This document shows positions 13,768 through 27,650 of a stretch of 64,000 nt of DNA, piece by piece. The notes beneath the pieces were generated by a model that made no database searches, was not told where the DNA came from, and was given only the letters and a program-made list of their open reading frames with translations. A program made the position numbers and the translations under genes. The number at the start of each line of letters is the position of its first letter. The first letter of the stretch is position 1. Origin of the DNA: Epiperipatus broadwayi (taxonomy: Eukaryota; Animalia; Onychophora); contig JAQFVV010000002.1 in NCBI GenBank assembly GCA_028023455.1, forward strand, positions 14,384,001 to 14,448,000. The letters run 5' to 3'.

Positions 13768-16700
13768 TGTAATGGACCAGTGGTTCTCACAAAAAGGAAG
13801 AAAGATATCTAACTATAGTCAGACCTAGGATCTTCAGGTAGGATACTTGCAAGGATGCAATGAAATACTTAACCCATGATCACATTCACTCCAATAGGCT
13901 AGCTCTATATTCACATTAAATCTAGATATGATTTGGGATAGTTCATTCTCATATCCCTTTTCTGACTTCATTATGCCACAGTATTTGAACTCCTGGAGAA
14001 TTCATACTCGACTCTTCAGGAATGGGCCTGTTCAGGTCAATGACTACTGTGCCTTTATATAAGCAAAGATCAATTACAGCACTTTCCCAGAATATATCCA
14101 ATATCAGTATACATATAAAGAAAGGTGTGTGTGTGTTGGAGTTTAGCATATATATTTAGAGGTATGAATGCACAACAATGGGAACAAGACAGAGCCCCAA
14201 ATATTAATAGCATTTATTAAATAGTGAAGCTACTTTAATAATATTTACATATATAATAATATGAGTCAAGGATATTTTCTGTTACCTTAAGAGTTAAATG
14301 TGATTAATATCCTGATCCCCAAATCCTGTGATAGAAATCCATAACCTGGCAATTTTTATTTACAAAAGTTAAAAAAAAAAGATCATGAATCTGACTTACT
14401 AATTCTTTTGTACAGTCGTATTATAGAGTAATGCTTGCTGTCTGATCCACGATGAGTATCATCATCCTACTTGGAAAAAATAACTTCTACATGTATATGT
14501 GATTCCCTAATATTGATAGGAGAGACCATGCACTCAGGGAAGTTAGTCATGTACAGCAAAAAATGAATATATGAGTGTTAGTAAAACTAACAAATAAGGA
14601 AAACTCTGTTCTGTCACTATTATATGCTTCTAATGTAGAATAACATCAAGATCTTACCTTATTCCACACAGTCGGATAATGTGGGGCTACTAGAGAAGTG
14701 TGTAGACCTAAATTTTATTTAATGCAATAAAATGTTTATGAAATCTAACTTTCCCTCCCTCTATGCTTAAAATAAACTCGTTTTCTGAAATACAAGCTTT
14801 CAAATGTGGAAATGGAAAGAAAAATAATATGAAAAGCAAAAATAGGATGATAAATAACAAAAAAAAAATACAAATCAATTGGATAAAATAAAAGTCAATT
14901 TTTGAGTGGCAAGCTTGTCCATCATGTTCAAAGCATATTTCTCTTGGTGGTAGATCTCAGGTAGTCTACTGTCCATAAGTTTAATTGACATGCACTCCAG
15001 GGTCATAGATCATCAATGCTGTCCAGTTCATTTCTTTTGAAGAAAGACTAGGAGACCACTGAAGATCATTGTTATAAACCAGTATTTAATAAAGGCATCT
15101 CACACATAATGCTTCTATGGGCTTGAAGAGCTGCATTTTGCCTCCTATGGCAGTTATTTTAGCCGGACCACATTGCAGCACCCTCATTAGTATGTGCAGT
15201 TTTTCTAGGATTGTTTTTATGCATAGAGAAATGGTGCAAAAACTGTCCTCGTTGATTGTTACCAGTTATTTACTTATTCTCTTGCAATGATTTGACGTAA
15301 ATTTGAAGTTTTCTTTTTAATAATTAGTTCAATTCTTTCGGTTTACTTCTATATCTCTGAGGTATTTTCAGGTTTTGGTTTATATTGACAGGTTAAGTAA
15401 ATTACTGTTTATTCTTATGTGATTGAAATTTGTTCTGAAAATCAAACACATATGTCCATCTTGATCTGTTAAGAAAAAATATGGTTGTCAAGATGTTGAC
15501 TTCCTTGTGCTTGCTGTATTTGTCTATTATTGCATAATTGTACATCAATGTAATGTTATTAAAATAAATATTGGGATTATCTTTTTGTTTAAGTCTGGTT
15601 GCTTAGCAATATGCTTGAAATTACATCATTATCTTGTGTCTTTATTGATGTTCACATCATAATGTTGGTTAGTTGATGACTTACAATACTTTTAGTCATA
15701 TTGTTTATATATACGTTGGTGTAAACCTTATCTTTATAACAAAAAAGTAACTTGCTGATCACAGTGTTTAATGTATACATGTTTGAAAAAGAGGGATTGT
15801 TTAACAATTTCTTGGTTAGGCTTAGTATGGTGTAGTTTAGGGTCAAAATTTTAATTTGTATTCAAAATTTTAACACTTATAAGTGTGTTGGTATGATTTT
15901 AATGTAAGGTTTTTTTTAATTAAATGAAAGGTTGCTAAATCTATCTCTTGATTACTTCATACCTTTATAGCTGATTTTGAGTAGTGATATCATCTTTATT
16001 ATGGCTAACCCATATCATTTGTGGGATGATCTAGACTTTATAGCTTTGATGGCATTATGGTCAAAACTTAATCAGTAATATGGCTCTGTTGCAGATGGCA
16101 TATGAGTTTATTTGCTAGCTTTCTTCCTGCCCTCTCTCAAGAGTTACTGGATTCATGAAGGTCTGGTCAAATATTAAGAGTATCCAATTGGTATGAATTG
16201 ACTCATATGTCTTGGATAGTCTCAAAATATCCCAGTGGCTGTGTTTGAGCATTAGCTGGTGAATATCGTCATCAAGCTTACTATCCCTAGTCTTGTAATT
16301 TTTCCTCTTTCTTTTGATCAGCTGTTGTTTTTACTTTTCTCTGGTGTTATTTACAACATTTTTATACCTTGTTCAATGTTTATTTTCATACTTTACCTGC
16401 ATGATTAATTTGATGGGTCATCATAGGTTATTCAGAACAGCCAAAGAAAGGTTTTAAGATGTGACCATTATACATGCCTCAAATCTCTCCTTTCTGGTAA
16501 ATTCAAAATGCATTGGGACCTGTTTGCTTAATGATGATATATGGTCCTTCATATGTATTGTAGAACTTATGGTGGTATTTATTTTCCTGTGGTTTACTTC
16601 AGTGTGGAGTTTTACTCTATCTCCAATCTGAAATTTGTTTGAGGACTTGTATTTGTCTTGCCATTTTGGTGAGTTGCTCACAAGCCTTTTGTCTGTCTTT

Positions 16701-19700
16701 ATGCATCTATTTTGGTTTGAGTAGCCATAGGTTGGTATTTGGCAAATAGTCCAGGTGTGGTTTGATTAAAGTGTAATTGGATGGGCATTAATTGTACTCA
16801 ATTGATGTCATTGACTACATGTTTCATCTGCTTTACCCACCTTTTATGCTCTCCCTCTAAATGGGTTCTAAACAAATGTCTGAGCTCCCACATGATGTGT
16901 TCACATGAGTTTGACTGGATTCCTAAGCACATGTTTTATTTGAGCTCAATTTCTCCAATTTTTTCCATTCCTTTCAGTTAAAATGGTCTTAGGCTTTCCT
17001 GTCTCCACAAATTGGAGGTTGTCAAATACCTTGATTGTATGTTTAGTATTAGCTTGGGGTATTGAGTAAGCAATAACATTTTAAAAAGAGATCATAGGTG
17101 ACTTACAAGTATTTTTGTTTGTTAAATGGGAGCAATGGCCCATTGGCTCTTAAGCAAACTAGACAGTCTTGGAGTGATCTCAAGATATCCTTGTACATTT
17201 TTTTGACCAGTAAAACCTGTTTTGTGGGAGCTGTAATGCTCATATAGACAATATAATACTTTATGAGTAGGTCTTATAAGGACTTAGGTATTACTATCCT
17301 CCACTCATCAGCATCATGGTTAACTTCTTCTAGTAAGACTTGCTTTTTTAACATACAACAAGAATTTTTTGCACCTGCAGAACTTTCCTTTTAAAGCTTT
17401 GATTATTGTATTTAGATCTGGGTCTTTTGACTATGCCTCATGCAGGGTCTTCTAAATCATACTCTATAGTATTGGTAATGTAGGCTATATCTACCGATAG
17501 ATGATGCTGTTCTGACCTACATGGGTTTTGACTCAGCACATCAGCTACAATGTTCTTGGATCCTTTGCAATACTGGACTATATAGTTGAATTCCTGCAAC
17601 AACAGACTCCACCTGATCAAATGAATATTGGCTAAGTAGTTGTGGTTCAGGAATTCAAGGCTTTTGTGGTCTGTGATCACTATCACTGATCTGAAAAGCA
17701 TTTGTCAGAATTCTGGAAGAACCACATGATTGCTATAGTTTTCTTCTCTGTAACCATGTAATAACTTCTGGACCTTCTAAGAGCTGTATGATGAAATAGA
17801 GGACACCAGGTGGGATAGAGTTATCCCTAATCTGTATCCACTACTGTGTCTGAACAATGAACGGTTTATTAAAATCAGGGAAGGCTTATTGTTTTCTCTA
17901 AGAACACTTAATATTTGCAAATGCCTCATCTCACTCCTCAGTCCATTTCCATCATTCATCCTTTCTAATAAGTTTTAGCAATGGTTCCATGTGGTCATGA
18001 GAACTTTTAGTAGAAATGATTATAGAAGTTGCACAGCCCTCATTTCTTTCTTATTAGTGGGTTTTGGAAAGTTCTGAGTGCCATTGATCTTACCTGGATG
18101 AGGTATTATTCCATTGCAATGAATGATATGACCTAAGAAGATTCTCTTGTCATGAATTAACATGCTCTTCTTGAAGGTGACCTTTATCCCCTTTTTGTAG
18201 CACTCTAAAGAATTGGGTGTTGAAGATATTCTTCATTCTTGTCAGACAATTATTACATCATTCATATAAATGGTAGTGATTTGTTTGACCTCATGATATA
18301 GCACCTTATTAGACCAATTCTACTATTGATCAATCCAAAAGGCATTCTATTAAATTGATAGGTAAAAGCCTCATATCACAAGACAGTGTATTGATGATCT
18401 TCTAGATGGAGTTCAATCTGCCAATAGCTGGAGATCAAGTTGAAAGTGGAGTTCAATCTGCCAATAGCTGGAGGTAAAGTCAAAAGTGGAGAAAAATTTT
18501 CACCTCACAAACAATTCATGTAGGAATAGTGGGGTGTTGTAATTTTGTTTAGTTGCTGAGCATCTAAAAATCTCATTGACCCATCTTTTTTTACGGTTGC
18601 AACTAGGTTGCAGTAAGGTGAAGAACACTTGGAAATAACTCCCCAATCCAGCATTTTATTAATACTGGTGCAGAATAAGGATTTGGATTGAAATGGTCAT
18701 GGACTAGTTTTATTATTTGTTGGAAACCCTCTATTTTGCCTGGTATCTGAGAAAATCAGGCTGAATTCAGCAATAACTGGTCACAATTGGACCATATCAT
18801 CGCACCCAATATTGGATTCTGCAATCTTATTTTCTATTAGTGCTTCTGGGATGTACTTATTATAGTCATTTTCAGGTAGGTCATATCTCAGAAGTAATGT
18901 CATCTCCAAGACCTCATTATTTATCCTGACTGTCCTATCAGAGAAATAAAGAGTACAATGGTTTATGTGTAGGAAGTCTGCCTCTAAAATGACACCTCAT
19001 GTATTAGGCTATTCAGGGTGAGTAAAACATGATAGGGGAACATTTGGCCAATTTTCATTTGAATCCATATTTGTTTTTGCACTAATTTAGTTTTAATATT
19101 GTTAGCCATGGTAAACTATCGATTTTAGTGGCAGGGGTTCGTAGAATTTCATACTAGAACTTATCTGACACCACTGATATCTGGCTCCAGGAATCTAACA
19201 AAGCCTTAACTAGCAAACCCTCAAATGAAATCTCTATCATTGGGCAGCCATGCAAAGTAAAATTGGGTGCTTTATCTTCCCACGAACACATCAGATTAGT
19301 GATTTCTCAGTTCATGGTTTGTTTTGTGTTCCTCATCTTTTTGGCTTCTTTAAGTGAGAAACATGGCCTCAAGTACCATTTCAGTTTGGTTTCTGCAGGG
19401 TTTTTGGCATGTAGTTACTGCACCCTGGTATAGTTTTTTTCCCTGGGCTATTGGGGGAACTGATTTTGGGTTTAAGATATTTTGTTTTTTACTTTATTGT
19501 TTATCCATATATATGGGGAGGTTTGTTGTATGGAATTCCCTTTCCAGTGATATGGCACCATTTATAGAGTATGGCATTGACAATCACATCTTTATATTTT
19601 TCTGGTATCCTGTTGGTTACATTGGTTATATTTGAATTGATGCTGTTTAGCAACTCCAACATTTGCTCAATATTTTTGGTGTTTGTGTGAAGGAGGGACC

Positions 19701-21960
19701 ATTTGATTCTAAGGGATAGATTTCTTTTGCCTAGCCTTATCTCACTTTCGCTAAAGTGGTACATGCTTAAAGTCCTTAATTTGGTAATCTGGCAACAAAA
19801 GAATTTTGTCAAGGTTTCCCCTGGTGTTTGTTGGTACTTCTGGAACAATTGGAATAGATAAGACTTCTTGCCTACCGCAGTTCCAAAAATTCTTTACCAG
19901 TAATGTCTGTTAGTTTTCAAAAGTGGACAGGATCTTGAATAATGACTCCCACCATATCAGCACATTCCTTTGGAGGTGTCTATAGGTGATCAATTTCTTA
20001 TCCTTAGTCATAAAGTGGTTGATGGAAAAATACAGGTTGAGGCTTCTTAAATGTTCTATTAGGGCCTCATTGAAGGATCCCTTGAAGACTTTAGCCTTAC
20101 AAATTGGTTGATGGCACTGATTTGTGTTGCATGGTTGCACATACTGGACACCTCCCTGGAGTGTATGTATAGAGTGGTTACCTGTGTGTACTGGTCAATG
20201 TGATGTGCTAGGTATGATTCCTTCTAGATTGAAATTGAAAGGAGAGATCTTTCCCTGATGGTTCTTGGTGTGGGAGATCAGCTGCTTGATACTGGCCACT
20301 TATTCTATTGGGGACTTTGAGGGCAATTTCCAAACCATCTATCACTTCATCTCACTATTCTCTGCCAGTCAGAGCCATTCACTCATTCCTAATTGGTCAT
20401 ACCCCAAACCCTTGTTCTCAGAAGTTGGGATTTGAGAGCCTTGAACTTCTAATTGACCACTCCATTCAGTAGGTCAACCTGGTCACACATTTCATTTATA
20501 CTTTCATCCATTTTTTCCAGATTTGCCTTGTCTGAGAAGTTCTTCTTGCACCAGACACTTTATGTTGTGGCCCATTGATTCAATGGCCTTGTTGTGTGGC
20601 TCTGTTTTGACATTGTGCAGTAATTGGAGTTGTTCTATTTTCATTCATATATGGTCTTTGAATTCTTTCTTAATTTGTTCTCAGTAGTCTCTTGGCCTAT
20701 GCATACTTCCCTCTTGAAATCTTTGTGGTGTGGTCTCGAGTCATCTCACAAAACTTAAGGTTTATCTGACTTGAGATGGTATATTTAATGTCTTCAAATA
20801 TTTGTTGGCATCATTTCTCCTAATTTTTGTCTCAATTTCCTGTTCTCTTTCTAACATTATTGACACTCAGAGATAGCTATTCCATATCAGCAGACAATTT
20901 GTTTCCCATCTCCATCATTTCAGTTTTCAAATCTTTGATGCTATCCAGATTTGTGGTCATTTTATCCATTTTTCCATCCATGCTTTTGGCGAGTTTTGCT
21001 TTCATCATCATGATCATCTGGAATATTTGTTCCATGGTCATTATATCTCCTGTTACCCATGCTACTTTGATCCTGGGAGCTTAATTCGTTTTGCTGGCAT
21101 GTATTTCATGTGTTTGAGATGCTATTTGGATCACTCCTGGTACCTGTGGAGAGTGACTATTATCTGTCATAGACCTCCATTTAATTATCAATGTATACTC
21201 TTCTCCACTTTTGGAAGTAGAGCATTCTAACTAATTACTACTATTTATAGTTTCTTGTGAAATTTTCTCCATTCTCATTAATTTTCTTCCACTCCTTGTT
21301 ATCATTGACTTGGTTATAAAGTTTTTATTTACTTATGTATGTATAGGTAGTATACCTTAGGGTTCCTTGCTACCTCAAGCCATTTCACCTTTATTCATGA
21401 TTTCCCACCTTTTTGTGTGTATGTTTTATTGCCTAAATTGCCTACATTTAGTCTGTTTTAGTGCCTGACACCTATTTTAAACATGATTTATTAGTCATTC
21501 AGTTATTGGTGTCTGATTGTCATGATGTTTACATCACCATTTGTATGTTCACCACTTTTAATGTCATTTTCTTTTAATGCGTATGTTCAAACTTAAAAAA
21601 AAAGTCTCGTTTATACATTTTCATTGTGGTTGAACACATTGATCCTTCATGTGAGTAAGTCCATGGTGGTTATGATTGGTCGTGGTTTGAAAATGAATGA
21701 CCATTCCAAAACAATTTTTTATTTATTTATAGATTTCAAGTCCTGAAGCTAACTATTTATGTAAGCTATTTGTTTCATGCCCCTAAAGTTAGGCACCAAA
21801 TGTAATGAACTGCTTGTTTTCACAAAAAGAGGAAAACAGACATAGGATCTTTGAGTAGGTTGCTGGCAAGGACATGATGAAATACTTAACCCATGATCAC
21901 ATCCATCTCCAATGGGCTAGCTCTATATTAATACATTAAATCTAGATATCATTCGGACAA
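13768..21960 (-). mobile_element. Old degenerate Ty3/Gypsy LTR retrotransposon
   Basis: Homologous LTR ends start TGTAATG at 13768 and 21801 and share ~150 bp. PBS-like TGGTGCCTAACTTTAGGG at 21781-21798. Internal remnants: gag (EHLRSLNLYFS, 19910-20140), protease (LLDSG, ~19190), RT (YWQI, ~18420), RNase H (TDHKSL..RWSLLLQEF..VADVLS, 17438-17701) and integrase (16450-17300). Confidence 0.7.
14950..16100 (-). mobile_element. Penelope-like remnant nested in the old Gypsy element
   Basis: AT-rich degenerate ORF with a YINNMTK (YIG.T-like) segment in ORF 15652-15846 and an upstream SSHK (SxHP-like) segment. Confidence 0.4.
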
Positions 21961-22079
21961 ATTAATCTTATCTCATTCCCCTTTCCACTAATAAGTTTAT
22001 GGGTGGTAATTTAAAATATACATTGTTCATAGGCCTCTATTGGGGGAATTTACAGAAAATTAAAAGATTCAAGTTTATG

Positions 22080-24240
22080 TTAGTCAACTTATGTTGAAAT
22101 GGATAAATATCCTGGCTTTGTGATTATGAAATATTATACAGGCTGGAAAAACAGATAAAGCATGTGGATGTGCTCTCCAGAACTTCAGATGAAATTATAT
22201 GCAAGTCATGTATTACTGAAATTAATTTCATAGAATGAAGTCCAAAATAGTTAATAGCCAAATTGTAAATGAATGTATAAAAAATAATCATGGCTCAAGA
22301 AATGACCAGTCTACATAGTGAGACAAATTTGGAATGCTTGAGATAGTTTGTCAAGGTATCACAAATGTATTTTGATGATGGAATATTTATTCCAATCAAG
22401 GAGAGGAAATGCATACTAGAAATGCATACTACAGCTATTATATCAACATCACCCAGGATTATACATGTGAAGGAACTAGCTTGTTTGTACATTTATTATC
22501 TGGATATGAATTATGATATTGAAGAGACTGTAAAAAAATTGTCAAGCAAGCCAACAAACTTTTGGGTACCAGATAAGAAGTTTTGTTCTTAATCAAACCA
22601 TACAAATATGGGGAAAAGTCCATCTAGACTCTGCAGACTTCCATGAACATGTATTTCTAGTAACTATTGATTCATAACCTAAATGGGCAGAATACAGACT
22701 ACTGAATGGTAAAAATCTGTGATAAAAGTTTTAAATAAGATTTTTAGTACTTTCAGGTATTTTGAAACTATAGTAACAGACATTGATGCAGATCAGTGCC
22801 ACTGAAGGACTTTCTTGCTCTGAGGGAGTATCAAATGAAATAGCAGAAAAGGCTTTACAACATTTAAATTTACATTGAATAGGAGTGAGTATGCTGATAT
22901 CCACGAAGCATTTACAATGGAAATGTTTTACCAGCACTTTCAGTTGAGTTCAATTACAAAGAAACCAATGAGAACTACTTATGAAGTGCTGAGTAAGAAT
23001 TCATATGGCTGTACAAATTCTAGTCAAGATTAAAAGAAAGGATGTAAAAAGTGAAAATGTCAAGTTTAACATAGGACAGACTATCTGGACAAGAGATAGT
23101 TTAAGAAAAAAATGGATACCTGGAGAAATAATTAGAATACTATGTACATAATTACACAATTGAAATTAGAGGATAATACATTAGTAAGACAGTGTGTTAA
23201 TTTTTATAAAAAATGTCAATTGAGCTGGTGCAAGTTATAAATGAAAATACAGATTTGGTTACTACTTGCATTGAAGATTCTTTAATGGTTAATGATATTG
23301 CTAAAAAAAAAAAAACATTGGAAGAACTACTTACAAAGTGCTGAGCAAGGATGCATATGTCTATGAATTCTAGACAAGATTAAAAGAAAGACATAAAAAG
23401 TGAAAACATCAAGTTTAACATAGGACAGACTATCTGATCAAGAGATATCTTAAGAAAAAAATGGATACCCAGATAAATAATTAGAAATACTAGGTATCCA
23501 AATATATGAAATTAAATTGGAGGATAATACATTAGTAAGATAGTATGTTAATCATATAAAAATGTTTAGTTGAGTGGGTACAAGTTATAAATTAAAATAC
23601 AGATTCAGTTATTACATACATTGAAGATTCTTTAATGGATAATTATAATGCTAAATGGATATAACTGTCAACACTAAAATAAGTTTAAAAGAAAATTATT
23701 CAAGATATATCTACATAACCAAATAGTGATTTGCAACTTGGACAGCAAGAAGAAATAACTGAGCAGACAGAGGGAAAAATCAACTTTATTGAGACCTTAC
23801 AGAGAAAGACATATGCTGAAGAAATTATAAGAATTTTTTGTGAAAAGGGCTTATTTCTAGAGTGAAGGGGAGATATTGCAATGTATTGATTGGTTTGTGA
23901 AATAAATAAATTAACATATGTATGTTCATAAGAGAGTAATGAAATATTTATGCAAATTATTTAGAGTTATTAAAAATCTCTGCAGAATATTTTATGAAAA
24001 CAGAGAAAGATCCATTCAAAGCTAGTTAGACTGAATCAGATATAGTTGAGTGGGCAGTAAAATGCTTGCTAAACCAGATAATGGTGAACAGTAAATGCTG
24101 ATGAAAATGCTAGTGGACAAAATAACATAGAAAAATAATAGATTGAAATGAAAGACTTTGAATAAAATATAATATTAGAGTCAAATTTTATAAAAAAAAC
24201 TTTCAGTAAAATTAAAACTGATTATATTATGAAGTTCAAC
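22080..24240 (+). mobile_element. Degenerate Gypsy (Mag-like) pol 3' half with PPT and LTR remnant
   Basis: YRAGKQIKHVDVLSR (RNase H end), DMNYDIEETVK (integrase zinc region), WEKVHLDSADF..LVTIDS*PKW (integrase core), and purine tract GAAGGGGAGA at ~23863-23873. Confidence 0.65.
22971..23640 (+). repeat. Diverged tandem duplication (~350-bp unit, 2 copies) inside the Mag-like element
   Basis: gaactactta...gaagattctttaatg recurs starting at ~22971 and ~23324. Confidence 0.8.
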
Positions 24241-24878
24241 AAGTATGTTGGTAGTTGAACATATTAATCTATTACTAATTCATATATATATATATATATT
24301 GAAACAGATATTCTGTTCCTCATAAATATTCAAAAGATTCCCCCCCCCATTCAAAAATGTCTAGCGTGATTCAGTCTAATTGGGAACGCAATAAAGCTGT
24401 GAGTTGTTAAAAAAAAAAAATCATATTTTTAATTTTGTGATTGATGGATTTGAACAAAATGTTATATCATCTTATTTTTTTTATTTTTTTATCTGTCTCA
24501 ATAAAAAAAAAAGAAATTAATTATCCAATCATTAAAAAGAAAGAAAAAAGATACTTGAGTTAAACTGAGGCAGTATTCAAATTAGGCACGTCGTCGGAAG
24601 AAAAGAATTTTTTTTTTCTTCTCTCTCGTTTTACACAGAGAGGTAGAACATATTAAATTCGTTAAAAAAAAAGTGTATTACTTAATTCTTTTGATACATT
24701 AAAATATAGTTTTAACAAAACGTGAAAATGGAAAAAGAAAGCTTTACTAGAGGAATTTTAGTGAAAATGGGGTAATTTAGCGGCTTCACTCTCTCCACGC
24801 TGTGCCATGACTTTCCATAAATGAAATAACCCGCCTTCTTTTGAATAAACTAGACTGCAAAACTGGAAGGTAATTATG

Positions 24879-25025
24879 TTATAAAATATTAAAACATCTT
24901 TATCATACGTTATAAAGTGAAGTTATGAAATAATTACATAGAATTTGTTTTTTATAAAATATTAAGACATGTTTATCATACGTTATAAAGTGAAGTTATG
25001 AAATAGCTACACGCAAATTTATTTA
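24879..25025. repeat. 73-bp tandem repeat, 2 copies
   Basis: tatcatacgttataaagtgaagttatgaaata at 24901 and 24974. Confidence 0.85.
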
Positions 25026-25052
25026 TAAAAATATTTGGACGTATTTACTATA

Positions 25053-25625
25053 TAAATTAGAAATGCTTTAATTGCATATTACTTCTATCTGGATAATGTA
25101 ACAGAATTTATGTATATGAATATACCTTTATATTTGACTAAATTAGAAATGCCTTAATTGCATATTACTTCTATCTGGATAATGTAACAAAATTTATGTA
25201 TACGAATATACTTTTATATTAGACTAAATTATAAATGCTTCAATTACCAAATGATAAATGCTCTACAAGCCAAACAGAGTTTATGTGTATGAATATGCTT
25301 TTATATTTGACTAAATTAGAAATGCTTCAATTACTAAATGATAAATATTCCACAAGCCAAACAGAATTTATGTATATGAATATACTTTTATATTAGACTA
25401 AATTATAAATGCTTCAATTACCAAATGATAAATGCTCTACAAGCCAAACAGAGTTTATGTATATGAATATGCTTTTATATTTGACTAAATTAGAAATGCT
25501 TCAGTTACTAAATGATAAATATTCCACAAGCCAAACAGAATTTATGTTTAAGAATATACTTTTATATTTGACTAAATTATAAATGCTTTAATTACCAAAT
25601 GATGAATACTCCACAAGCCAAGAAT
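25053..25625. repeat. 86/87-bp minisatellite, ~6.6 copies, two subtypes
   Basis: Unit start TAAATT at 25053, 25139, 25225, 25312, 25399, 25486 and 25573. Confidence 0.9.
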
Positions 25626-25706
25626 TGCTAAGTTTAAATGTTTACCAATCGGTAATAATTCATAAAATAACAAAATGTTATATAAATCATAAATGCTTAA
25701 CTGCTA

Positions 25707-26316
25707 CCAGGCTTCTTCTCATAAAGGAATACAAAAATGAACTATTGTTGGATTGGAATATTTCCAAACTTCTTCTCATAAAGGAATACAAAAATAAACT
25801 ATTGTTGAATTGGAATATTTCCAAGCTTCTTCTCATAAAGGAATACAAAAACAAACTATTGTTGAATTGGAATATTTCCAAGCTCCTTCTCATAAAGGAA
25901 TACAAAAATGAACTATTGTTGAATTAGGATGTTTCCAAGTTTCTTCTCATAAATGAATTCAAAATGAACTATTGTTGGATTGGAATATTTCCAAGCTTCT
26001 TCTTATAAAGGAATACAAAAATAAACTATTGTTGAATTGGAATATTTCCAAGCTTCTTCTCATAAAGGAATACAAAAATAAACTATTGTTGAATTGGAAT
26101 ATTTCCAAGCTCCTTCTCATAAAGGAATACAAAAAAGAACTATTGTTGAATTAGGATGTTTCCAAGTTTCTTCTCATAAATAAATTCAAAATGAACTATT
26201 GTTGGATTGGAATATTTCCAAGCTCCTTCTCATAAAGGAATTCAAAAATGAACTATTGTTGAATTAGATTGTTTCCAAATGTCTTCTCATAATGAACGTG
26301 TAAATGAACTATTGAT
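25707..26316. repeat. 57-bp minisatellite, ~10.7 copies
   Basis: Unit ccaagcttcttctcataaaggaatacaaaaataaactattgttgaattggaatattt starts at 25707, 25764, 25821, 25878, 25935, 25991, 26048, 26105, 26162, 26218 and 26275. Confidence 0.95.
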
Positions 26317-26829
26317 AAAGAAAAAAGAACTGCTTCTAGCTCTTTCATAAGTAAAATGAAGAAGAGTAATCATGTGGATAGAAATGAACTTCATTAGAAA
26401 TTACTAATTAATTGTTATTTAATAATTTTTTTTTTGTTACTAAAAATTAAATTGGTTATCCAGTCATCCAGTTTTGTTTGTTTTATCGCATCACTCACCA
26501 ATTATAGCACTGGTTCATGAGAATCTCATGCCTTCTGAGCTACGTCTGACATAACTAGACCTTGGCAAGTCAGGTTGTAGTGAGACGGAACTCTAATGGC
26601 GCTGTTTGGAAAACCAAACATATAAATGTTTAGATGTTCACAGTCTCTATGGTACTACATCCTCTGATGAGCAGGAAATATTGTTGTAGGAGGCATTAAC
26701 ATCTGCATTAGGAATGTCAATTGATAGTTCCTTCCTACAGCATGCTCATCAGAAAAAAATTACAACTGATGTAATAGAAGGGTTGTATGCGGGTCCGGTT
26801 ACAATATATATATATATAAATTATTAATC

Positions 26830-27650
26830 AATGTCTGTATTCCAATTATAATTAAAATCATTTTTATTTAGGAATAATAAATTATGTAAATATAGTTCTG
26901 ATAAAATAAGTAACATAAATGTATTTATTATGGATTTGTTAAAGGTTGGATATGATCATAAATTAATTTATAATATTGTTAATAGGTTTAATAATAATAG
27001 AAATATTTTAGATGCTATAGATATTGATAAAATAAAATATACTTGGATATCAATACCATTTATTTGTAATGAACAGGTTAAATTTATAAAACAGATATAT
27101 AAAAATATATGTCGAGTTGCATTTTATACTACTCCTAATTTAAATAGATTAATAAATAATTCAAAAAATAGGTGTAGTATTTTAAATCAAAGTTGTGCAA
27201 TATATAAATGGCTATGTGTTTGTGGAAAGGCATATATTGGGGAATCTCGTGTACATTGGAGAAAAGATCAAGGGAGCATTTGTTATTATATAAACGAGTG
27301 CAAAAATCAAGACAAGAGAATGTTAGAAATGATGATGTATCACCATCAGTATTTTTTGATCATAATGTAACATGTAATTATGGTTTTGATTTTGATTTTA
27401 ATAAAGTTAAAATTCTGTGTATTGAAAGAAATAATAATAAACGCAAAATTAAAGAAGCTATGTTAATAAAAAGTGAAAAGCAACAGTTGATAAATAGACA
27501 GACAGCCAATATAAAAATTAATGAATTGTGGGAAAATTGATGTATGACGTATTACTTTTGTTTACATTTGTAACGGTTTTTTCTAATACAATTTGTTGAG
27601 TCTAGTTGACAACGACTACATAGATAGTTGAAAGTACTTCTATTAAATTG
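26830..27650 (+). mobile_element. 5'-truncated Penelope-like element (RT C-terminus plus GIY-YIG endonuclease)
   Basis: WISIPF, AIYKWLCVCGKAYIGES (GIY-YIG), and DFDFNKVKILCIERNNNKRKIKEAMLIK; frameshifted. Confidence 0.85.

Larger units (their letters stand above)
24300..26803 (-). mobile_element. Probable solo LTR (2.5 kb) inserted in (TA)n and expanded by minisatellites
   Basis: Termini TGAAAC...GTTACA with ATAT on both sides (24296-24299 and 26804-26807). CTAGC..TCAGTCTAAT at ~24361 resembles 55029-55043, and ACCCGCC at ~24827 resembles 33930 and 55847. Confidence 0.55.

Noticed and set aside
15125-15195. Hammerhead remnant in the 15-kb Penelope terminus (CTAATGAG ... CAAAA on the minus strand)
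   Set aside because: Both core halves are mutated and no convincing stems form.
25707-26316. CRISPR-like regular array, or a 19-aa leucine-rich repeat ORF (25625-26154)
   Set aside because: Units are contiguous with no unique spacers and no cas genes nearby. The 57-bp period explains the open frame, 56-bp units break it, and the spacing does not fit LxxLxLxxNxL.
26664-26678. CTGATGAGCAGGAAA as a hammerhead core
   Set aside because: No stem II, stem III or stem I pairing; it is one arm of an inverted repeat.
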